Shown piece after piece: positions 17,163 through 27,000 of a stretch of DNA of 64,000 nt. The DNA lies in contig PFAP01000011.1 of the NCBI GenBank assembly GCA_002773615.1, forward strand, positions 8,307-72,306, read 5' to 3'. How positions within the stretch are numbered: the first letter of the stretch is position 1; each line of letters begins with the position of its first letter. The stretch comes from Candidatus Falkowbacteria bacterium CG10_big_fil_rev_8_21_14_0_10_39_11 (GTDB lineage Bacteria; Patescibacteriota; Patescibacteriia; UBA11705). The notes under the pieces were generated by a model. That model did not search any database. It was not told where the DNA came from and saw only the letters and a program-made list of their open reading frames with translations. Position numbers and translations under genes: made by a program.

Positions 17163-18440
17163 TTAAGACAACAACGATTTGAACCATTTTTTAGCTCCAG
17201 CTACCACATCTTTGGCCGATTGCAATTTACCGCCCAAATTAAACTTACTCTTTGATTTCTGATCCAACATCTGATACCCCCAAAGCACCAAGCCCAATGA
17301 ATTCACAAACACCACGTCATTGACCTTATCTATTGCCGTATTGAAATTTTGAACCACTCCGATAGCGACCGGCAACATGGTTTTTTTCTTGGCCAACTCC
17401 AATATTCCCTGCAGCTTAGCTCCACCACCGATCAACACAATACCAGCTGGCAACAAGCCGCTACGATTTATCTTTTGCAACTCATTATCAACTTTTTCAA
17501 AAATTTCTTCAACTCTGGCATTGATAATCTCAGTAATATATTGTTTTGAAAAAACTTGATCATCACCACCCAAATCACGTAAATTTATTTCTTCACTCTT
17601 ATCAATTGGCTCATAGGTAGCTCGCCCATATTCTAACTTTACTCGCTCAGAAACCTCAATCGATGTTTGCAAGCCAATCGCCAAATCAGCGGTAATATGA
17701 TCCGCTCCAATCGGTAAAACGGCTGTATGAATCACATCCCCCTCTTCAAACACCAACACGTTTGTCGTCGAAGCTCCAATATCCACCAACGCGACCCCCA
17801 ATTCCTTTTGTCTAACATTCAAAATAACTTCCGACGCGGCCAATGATGACAAAACAATATCATTAATATCCAATCCGGTTCGATAAACACACTTGGTCAA
17901 ATTTTTGATATGAGAGCTAAGACCTCTTACCACTTGTGTGGTAACTTCCAATCTCAAACCGGTCATCCCCACGGGATCTTTGACCCCACTTTGATTATCC
18001 ACAGTAAAAGATTTTGGGATCACATGCAACACATCATAATTGACCGGCGCTGCGACTGATCTAGCCGCATCAATTACTCGCTCAATATCTTCTTCTTGAA
18101 TCTCGCCACTGGTTCTTGGTATCGCAATTACTCCATTACTCTCTTGTGAATTGATATGTACCCCACCAATACTAATCCAAACATTTTCTATTGGTAAACC
18201 GATCATCCGCTCGGCCTTTTCAAGTGCAGTCGAAATACTGGAGACCGTATCTTCAATACTAACAACCGACCCCTTGCTCACACCTTGAGAAGGGACCTCT
18301 ACGACTCCGATAATATTCAATTGTTGATTTTCCTGATTTCTTGAAAATTGCCCTATCACTACTCTAATTTGTGATGATCCAATATCAAGACCCGCGATCA
18401 ATTCCTCTGGCATAGTTTTTGAAACTAGTTTCATATTCAA
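17163..18440 (-). CDS. ftsA: Cell division protein FtsA (actin-like ATPase)
   Basis: LIAGLDIGSSQIRVVIG phosphate-1 motif; ASF-fold length; immediately upstream of ftsZ. Confidence 0.9.
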   Translation of the reverse strand: MNMKLVSKTMPEELIAGLDIGSSQIRVVIGQFSRNQENQQLNIIGVVEVPSQGVSKGSVVSIEDTVSSISTALEKAERMIGLPIENVWISIGGVHINSQESNGVIAIPRTSGEIQEEDIERVIDAARSVAAPVNYDVLHVIPKSFTVDNQSGVKDPVGMTGLRLEVTTQVVRGLSSHIKNLTKCVYRTGLDINDIVLSSLAASEVILNVRQKELGVALVDIGASTTNVLVFEEGDVIHTAVLPIGADHITADLAIGLQTSIEVSERVKLEYGRATYEPIDKSEEINLRDLGGDDQVFSKQYITEIINARVEEIFEKVDNELQKINRSGLLPAGIVLIGGGAKLQGILELAKKKTMLPVAIGVVQNFNTAIDKVNDVVFVNSLGLVLWGYQMLDQKSKSKFNLGGKLQSAKDVVAGAKKWFKSLLS

Positions 18441-18516
18441 TTATATATAAGTTCAACACTTTTATAAACAACTTTGAACACATAATTAACTCACACTAAT
18501 TATATCTCAAAGTTTA

Positions 18517-18873
18517 TTAGAAAAATCTTGACCCGAAAATAAACAAACCAATTATTACTGCTGAAATTACAGTGATTAATACCACTGATGACATTATATT
18601 TTTAATATCATGAGCAAAGACATGAACCCGCGGTTGCAACATATCCACAAGACGTTCAAAAGCAGTGTTCAGCATTTCCAGCACCAGAACAAACAAGATA
18701 AGCAAAATGATTACCACCCACTCCCACGGTTTTAGCTGAAAATAAATCCCAAAAACCACAACAATTAGCGCGACGAGGAGCTGTAACCGAAAATTTTGTT
18801 CCGTTTTAAAAACAGTTTTAATTCCTTTCAAAGCAAACCTAAAACTCCGTTGTAATCGCTTCAACTTTACCAT
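18517..18873 (-). CDS. dgkA: Diacylglycerol/undecaprenol kinase (DgkA family)
   Basis: 118-aa three-helix membrane protein downstream of ybeY (a conserved ybeY-dgkA pairing); N-terminal amphipathic helix. Confidence 0.6.
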   Translation of the reverse strand: MVKLKRLQRSFRFALKGIKTVFKTEQNFRLQLLVALIVVVFGIYFQLKPWEWVVIILLILFVLVLEMLNTAFERLVDMLQPRVHVFAHDIKNIMSSVVLITVISAVIIGLFIFGSRFF

Positions 18874-18879
18874 ATATTA

Positions 18880-19305
18880 TTAATTAATTTGATCTAATAT
18901 TTTCTTTTCCAACGCTTCCATTTCTTCCGCCTCAGAATTTTTTATATGATCATATCCGAGCAAATGCAATAATCCGTGAATCACCAAAATTATCACCTCC
19001 TTTTGTTCGCCGATGTTCTTTTCCTTTGCCTGTCGTTTGGCTTGATTAACCGCAACAAAAATATCCCCCAAATATACAACCCGACCATCAACTTCACCGT
19101 CAACAAACGACAAAACATCAGTCACTTTATTTTTCTTTCGATACTTTTTATTTAGCTCCTGAATCATTTTATCACTGACAAATACTACCGAGGCTTCATT
19201 TCTATTTTTCAACTTTAACCTTTTATTTATTATATTTGCTGTTTTTTCAATCAACCGTCGAGGAACTATAAATCGAACTTTTTTTTCAATATTTACATTT
19301 ATCAT
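18880..19305 (-). CDS. ybeY: rRNA maturation endoribonuclease YbeY
   Basis: Zinc-binding HGLLHLLGYDH motif. Confidence 0.9.
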   Translation of the reverse strand: MINVNIEKKVRFIVPRRLIEKTANIINKRLKLKNRNEASVVFVSDKMIQELNKKYRKKNKVTDVLSFVDGEVDGRVVYLGDIFVAVNQAKRQAKEKNIGEQKEVIILVIHGLLHLLGYDHIKNSEAEEMEALEKKILDQIN

Positions 19306-19308
19306 AAA

Positions 19309-20247
19309 TTATTCCTGGCCAGTGAATACAAAGCTTTGCACCAAAAGCTCAAACAAATGCGGGTAGCTGGCTTTTTCTTTCAATCCGATATCATAATCAA
19401 TCACATAAATATATTCACCCCGAGCAAAATACACGGTAAATTCATCTGGACTTCGTACTCCTTTCATATTGTTGTGATTCTCAAATTCGACTATATTTGC
19501 CTCCGCTTCATCAATTTGAACACTATACCATTCAGCCAACGTCAATTGAGCAGTATTTTCTAATACCAAAACACTTACATTTTCATTCATGGGAGAAGAA
19601 AAGACAATTTCAGAATTTTTCGGATCCACGGATCGAGCAAACCACCCCTTTGGATAAAATAAATCATAATCAAAAGTTGGATTGACATAAGTCGAGACCA
19701 GCCCGGAAAACTCCAATCTCGCCGGATCACTACCGATTGGATTATACAAATTCTCCAATTCCACACCATCAAGATAACTATCTTGATCACTATCGGGTCT
19801 CTGATAATCAGTTTCTAATAAAAATTCTTCCGCATCCGTTAACCCATCATCATCCACATCAACATCAAACATTTCACTCAATTTTATTGGTTCAATTTTT
19901 GCCGGATCAAATTCCTGAGATGGCACGACGACCGGTTCAGGCTCTGGTTCAGGCTCAACCACAACCGGTTCCGGTTCCACTACTTTCACTATCACCTCTG
20001 GTTCAGGCGCTGGTTTAAAATAAGTCAAATATCCGATATACGACAACAAACTAACCGTTATAAATAAGGCAAAAATAACCACCATCGGCAAAGCTCGACT
20101 TTTTTTTCTTACTATTTTTGTTTTTGTTATTATCTTTTCTCGAACCACCTCTCGTGGTTGATCCGGTCGGACACCGTGATACTCTTCCGGCATAACAAAA
20201 ACCTTATCATAATCAGCCGTCACTTTGTTGTCTTTATCCTCTGCCAT
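19309..20247 (-). CDS. Membrane-anchored protein with (V/E/P) repeat linker and TSP3-like acidic Ca-binding motifs
   Basis: TM helix, VEPEPVVVEPEPEPEPVVVP, DVDVDDDGLTDAEE and DSDQDSYLDGVE. Confidence 0.5.
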   Translation of the reverse strand: MAEDKDNKVTADYDKVFVMPEEYHGVRPDQPREVVREKIITKTKIVRKKSRALPMVVIFALFITVSLLSYIGYLTYFKPAPEPEVIVKVVEPEPVVVEPEPEPEPVVVPSQEFDPAKIEPIKLSEMFDVDVDDDGLTDAEEFLLETDYQRPDSDQDSYLDGVELENLYNPIGSDPARLEFSGLVSTYVNPTFDYDLFYPKGWFARSVDPKNSEIVFSSPMNENVSVLVLENTAQLTLAEWYSVQIDEAEANIVEFENHNNMKGVRSPDEFTVYFARGEYIYVIDYDIGLKEKASYPHLFELLVQSFVFTGQE

Positions 20248-20306
20248 ATTGACTTAAAACTTATTTCTTTTACTTGGAACTATTGCAATCATCTACTTTA
20301 TTTCCC

Positions 20307-21002
20307 TTATAAATTCAATAACTTACCAGGGCCATTGGGATCATAACCATTTTTAACTTCATCACCATCGAGATATGTATCATTATCAGAATCACGATTC
20401 AATGGATCTGTATTATACACGCGCACCTCTTGAAAATCATCCAACCCATCTGAATCAGTGTCTGCTTTCAATGGATTTGTATTATACACAGCTTCTTCTC
20501 CATCCATCAAACCATCACCATCACTATCAATACTTTGATCTCCCAAAAGCTCTTGCGGATTCGATGAAGGTTCTGTAATGCTATTAGAGGGGTTTGATTC
20601 AATATCCTCTTTTTTTAGTAATCCATCCTCGGCACCCTCATTAGACAGCCCAAAGTTATCGATCACTTCCGTTGTATCACCAACAGAAGTATCAACTGAA
20701 TTAAAGCTATCACTATTATCCATAACCACTGGCCTCGCGTCTCGTCCAGTATACCAAAGTATTCCAAATACTACACCAACAATTACCACAATCGCCACCA
20801 CAAACAACAACACAATCTTGAGCACATTACCACCGCTTTTAACAGGCATCATAGCTGGCATAACCGCTGACTGCCCATCAGGCACCGGTTGTGGTTGTGG
20901 ACTTATCGGTTTTTCAGTTGCCATTGGCTTTTTTTGCTCTTCAGGCATTTGAGACTTCATTGATTTACTTTCTCCCTCTTGATATTTTGGATCATCAAAC
21001 AT
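20307..21002 (-). CDS. Membrane-anchored protein with four thrombospondin-type-3-like repeats
   Basis: DSDGDGLMDGEE, DTDSDGLDDFQE, DSDNDTYLDGDE; TM helix IVLLFVVAIVVIVGVVFGILWY. Confidence 0.55.
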   Translation of the reverse strand: MFDDPKYQEGESKSMKSQMPEEQKKPMATEKPISPQPQPVPDGQSAVMPAMMPVKSGGNVLKIVLLFVVAIVVIVGVVFGILWYTGRDARPVVMDNSDSFNSVDTSVGDTTEVIDNFGLSNEGAEDGLLKKEDIESNPSNSITEPSSNPQELLGDQSIDSDGDGLMDGEEAVYNTNPLKADTDSDGLDDFQEVRVYNTDPLNRDSDNDTYLDGDEVKNGYDPNGPGKLLNL

Positions 21003-21013
21003 AAGTTTATATA

Positions 21014-24000
21014 TTATTGAATTTCAAAATCCGTACTTGGTTTATTTCTAATTGAATAATAATTAAAGGTCTCAGCCTCTGTCCTATAAGAAATTCTAGA
21101 TCGCTTAAAGTCCCGGTTAAGATAATCATACAAATAACTATACAAATCAATCGGTGAAGATGTTGGAATCTGTATATCAACAATCAGACTATCAGAATTA
21201 TAACACGTATTTGGATCACTACCTCTAGCACAAACTGAACACAATTGATTGCCATTATCTTCAAAACATTGATGAGCTGGGATCAAACACTTCTTACCAT
21301 TATCTCCACAGGCCTCTCCGGTGAATGAGCTATTGGAACTTGGTTCATAACGAGCAATCTTATTGATCGGATCAACCGGTAATCTTGTCCCCAAATCATT
21401 GGCTAGGGTTGACTGCCAACTGGGCCAGGTAGAAGATGCAACATTCCGAATATACGAACCACTTTCAACGGTCGGTAAAGTCGTGTAACGATCATAGTAC
21501 GCCTGTAAAGATCTCTTTATATCCGTAATATCATTTATTCTCTGAATATCCCTTCTGATTGCAAATTGTACATCAGAATCTGTCACATTAATATTAAACA
21601 TCATCGAATCAATCATCTGAGCAAACATATCAATCGTACGACTATTGGCACCCAAATTATAGCCCAAAACAAAGATATAATTCCGCATCTCGCCACCAGT
21701 CAAATTACCAGCCGAGATATATACCGTATTTCCATCCTTAATCCCCTTATAACATACTTCTTGCCCAAATTTTGTATCAAGGCCACAATACACATTCAAA
21801 TCAGAACTGGATTGTCCAGCTTGAGGCACCTGATTTTTATACCATTCACGAACAGACAAATTATCAGGATTATCATAAATTCGCAGTGAAATCACATCAT
21901 CAACAAAGTCATTTGTATTCACCTCATTCACAATATCATCTGATCTGATCATCAAATATTGTTTTTGTAATGTGTCAACATCAGCTCCCAACTGTGACTC
22001 TACTACCCGAAGTAGTGGTAAATCATCCATTTTATTATTTACTTGTCCATTATCACGACAATATCGCAAATGAATATTTCGACCATCATTTCCATCATCC
22101 CACCCAATACTGGCACTATCCGCTGGCACTCTCCAGGGATTTTCACAAACATATGCACTGACTTGGCCTGATCCGACTAAAGTCGCTCCAATTTCACCAA
22201 AATAATCATCATCTATAATTGCTGCTTCAGCTGAAATTTCCGTATTTCCATTTTTATTATTAGCCATAGCCGCATCCCAAGAACCTGGAAGCTCTGTAAT
22301 ATCAACAATATCCCTATCTCCACTTTCCCAACTTGACCAATCCCAATCATACCGGCCAGCAAAAGGCTGAATTATTGTATTGCCCGACTTGGCCAGATGT
22401 GCAACTTCCCAAACCTCATCCCGCTCAGAAACTTGTTTCATCGCTGGAGAAATACCAACAGAATCAAAATGGCAATAATCTGATCCAACATTAAACCTGA
22501 AATTTTGATCTGGAATCAACAATTGACAATTATTTTCAATATTTTTAAGTCGGATCTCATAATGAGCAACCTTAAGAACGTCATTGGTTGTTATTTCAAT
22601 TTGACTAACATTTCTACCTCCCACATCCAGTACTCTTGATGTAATACTATAATTATCTGACTCTTCGAGACACCATTCAGCCGCCCGAGCGTCACGTCCG
22701 AATAATTTATTTAAATAATTCCAAATTTTCATCCCAACCTGAACTGGAGCACTACCACAACTATCAGCCTGATATCGCAATTCAATCAATTGATTCAAAT
22801 TTACTCCCGGTTCATGAAGCTGCTCCATCAATAAATCATACTGAACCACGATCACCGCATTCGGACATGTTTGAGATCCATCTTCACTGGTCATATCTAT
22901 CAAAGAAGGACTAATCAACTCTGCTCTTGCCGGATTGTTCGGATCACAAGATGGTGGTGGCGGTCCACCCAAACCAGAATAAACGTATGTAAGCAAACTA
23001 TCTTCAGACAAACTCTCTCCCACATCACCACTTTCTTCTAAATATGAAACCGTATTTTCCAACGTACCACGAATATTGACCGTTTGTCTGGTCGCACCAT
23101 CTGGCAAATAACCCAAAACCGTCACCAATGAATATGGTGCCCCATAAGACTCAAAACCGCCCCCAGACTGATCCAATTCACAAACCGGATCTTCGCCTGG
23201 CTCCACTTGTCCATTGGCACAAAAGGCAGCATTAGCCACGTTTGAGCCTCCATTCAAGCAACCATTGGTACACCAATCCGGAATTCTACAAACACAACTA
23301 TCCGTTCCGAATTCACAGACCTGTCCTTCATTATCAGTACAAACCGCTTCACACTCTTCAGTATAATTATTATAAGTTTCTAATTGTCCATTACCACAAC
23401 AATTTTCCTGATTATCTTCATTACAACCATCAAAATTTTTAAGTACACATTTATTTGAACAAAATTGGTCTTCATATGATTGGCAAACACAATTTTGATC
23501 TCCTGGCTGACAAGAGGCAAAAGAAATATTACCGTCAGAATTACGTTGCAAACTACCGTCCGCCGCTCGCACTGGAACTCGACAATTAACCGCCACCGGT
23601 TCACACTCTTCACCATTTTCGACCTGTCCATTACCACAAATCGATCCTATATATTCCGAACTTCCTTTATATAAACAATTATTATCTAGTCCGAACTGAC
23701 GATTTATTGCCGCTGAACCAAAATCATCATCTTCACCCAACTCCACTTTTCCATTACCACATTCAAAACCGGCTGAATTTGATCCTTCATTCAAACATTG
23801 TTTACTGCAACCATCTTGATTATTTCCATTACCATCATCACAATCTTCGCCCGGATCGACAATCTTATTACCACAACAAGCAATTTCATTGCCGGCAAAG
23901 CAAATCTCTGTCCCCGCTCTGAGACATTGATCAGTACACGCCGCGCCACCATCACACTCTTCACCAGATTCAACAACATTATTGCCACAAACGGCCTGAT

Positions 24001-27000
24001 AACGAACAGAACCTTCACTTAGACAATTAGACGTACAAGAAACGGCTCGCTGTGGAGAGTATAATGTCTTTAACATTGCAATCAATTTATTATCTCGCTC
24101 CGCCCTAGCGTCAACCCCGACAAAATTTTGCGAATTCACATCCGTATAATATTGTACTTCACCCGTTGTCTCTTCCCAATCCCAATCATACTGTCTGGCA
24201 CTGAGGCGTTGACCTCCAGAACTACAAAGATCCGGTTCAGAATACGGCACAGCACTATAAAGTATCTGCTCACCAGCTACCGTCGACAAATATTCTCCCG
24301 GACTAACCGTCACTCGATCAGGCCGACAAAAACCTCCATCTTCTCGAGTTTTGAAGACAAAACTAAACGAATCAAAGGTCGATGCGCTGTTAACATTTCG
24401 ATCAGTCAAAACACAACTTTGACAATTATCCGGGAAAGTACAGCTACAACCATCATCTCCATATTCACAACTCTGACGCTCTACCAAACTGCAAACATCT
24501 TTACAAACCAAATCCTTTTCGCTTGGACATTCAGCGCCTGTCGAAGCCAAAGGCACACAGGTACAAGCCGGAGCACTTTCCTTGCATTGAGTTTCTGTTC
24601 CAGCACAATAAGTCAATTTAATACACTCTCCTTTATCTGGATCCGCATCAAAACAGGTTACATCTGGAACAAATTGAAACTTACCAGATTCTCGACACGT
24701 ACAATCAGGTCCACTTTCTGTACAAGATTTTTGAGGGTCTTCTTCACAGGATCTTTGTGGTTGACAATCACAGCCAGCGTTATTATCTGTACAATATTCA
24801 GTAGTATTTTCTTGACAAACTTTTGGTTCAACACAAGTACAATCCAGAGAGTCAGCCGTACATTTTTGAGTTACATCTTCCAAGCAATATGAAGCACACT
24901 GCGGAGAATCACACTCTCTCGGTTCTCCACACTGACATGATGAAGACAATATATTTGGTTTATTTTTATTATCATTAAAATAATCATTACACACTTCGAG
25001 TGCAGAAACCCCTACACTACCAACGAAATCCACCTTCCCGGCTTTTGAACAACTTTCAACCTCACATTGCTCTTGCAATTGAGCCGACCCTAAATAAGTA
25101 TCCAAATTACCATCACCACAACAACCGGTAACGCCATCTTTACAAGCTGTAAAACCAACCAATCGACAATCATTGGAACAAAATTTGTTATTAGCCAGAG
25201 AACAGACACAATTATCCTCGCCTGAAATACATGTTTCGTTTGTTTTTTCATTCAAACATATCGCTTCGCATTGCTCTCCAGCATCAGATTCAATCACACC
25301 ATTACCACAAGTCCCAATTTGTGATCGAGTATTAAAATTCAAGCTGGTCAATTCTTTTGCACTGACATTTGTTACATCACCACGAATAACCAATCGATAA
25401 TATTTGGCCGGATCCAACACAGGATTAGGGTAAATACGCAATCGATTACAGACTTCACCATAATCAGCCACCATAGATACACCGGTTGTTGAGTCACAAT
25501 CGATTTCTCCGGGCTGGAAGTTTGCCAACTTATTTTCTTTCCCCGCAATCGACAAGCAATCACGACTTTCACACTCATACAAGCCAACAGATCCTGGATT
25601 ATTCTTCAAATAATCAGCGGGAATATAACTATTAAACATAGCCCCAAGCTCAGCGTTTACACAAGCGCCTTCACAATCCGGCCAATAATCAATTACTTTG
25701 GGGTCTGCCAATGAGATCGACAATCTAGCCTCATCCTGAAATGATTGAGCCCCAACCAAACCAGAAACTTGAATTTCTCCATCATCTCCCGGCGGTGTTT
25801 CAATCACCTCAGCATCTGGATTAACAACAAAATAGGCTGTATCTTTTCTAGATCCAGACACAAACAATCGATTGATTCTATCACCATATCGAGCCACCAG
25901 CCAATTCCAATTTTCATCAGAAACATCTATAATTCCACAATTATTCGCCTGACCGGAGACCATATATTTTTCTTGATCAACCACACTATTCAAGACACCT
26001 TCACTTGGATTCACCACCACAGAATCAATTGTACAGTCTGTGGCCGCTGTTTTAAAATTCCAAACATAATCATTTAATAATTCTTGAACATCATCGCCAG
26101 GGTCAGGCGCATTTCGGACACCAGCTTTCACAATCACCCGATACCAGGTATTCGGTACCAGATCATAATTAAGTAAATTGACTTGAGTCACTACATTATT
26201 ATCATAAGTTGAAGTTAAAACTTCATTCAATAAAATCCGACCGCTTGCATCACGTCCAGTAGCCACAAAATTATAATCTGTAGTCAAACAGTTACTACTA
26301 TCACAAAGCTGCAAATTACATTCACTTCCAGACTCACTACAACGTCTGATTTCCACTCGATCACCATCAATAAACGACTCTGAATCCATTTCCATATTAA
26401 AAGTAAAGCTGGCCAACCCGTTTGGACAAGCCGTCTGAGTATTGTTACGTGGAGATGGTGATTCATCAAAACCGCCAAGACTACATTCTCGATTAATCAC
26501 TTTAGGAATTTTAGGAATATTACCAGTACTAAAATACCAACCGTACTCACACGTAGTTGCTTGAGCTTCACACAGTTCAGCCGCGCTACAATAAGAATTT
26601 TGACAACAAACCTCACCCGAGCCACAACTATCAACCGTACATCGGCCGACATTAAATTGAACCGGATTACTATCGATACCACCTTGTTCAATCACCAACT
26701 CGCCACTTCTAGCATCCGGCGGAACAGATACCCCAGAAATTTGCGTACTGGTCCATTCAGCAGATTGTAAATTAAATCCCTCAACTATTGATGGCACACC
26801 AGGCGCAGCCGAAGCAAATTTGACCTTACCGGGTGTATTGCCAAATCCAACACCCTGAATAGTAATACTCGTCCCCGGAGGTCCATTGTCTGGAGTTATT
26901 GAACAAATACCAGGAGTCAATGCAAGATTATTATCAACTGAATAGGGTACCGAAACACTACCCTCGCTGTTTGCAATTTCTAAATCATAAGACCCTGTAA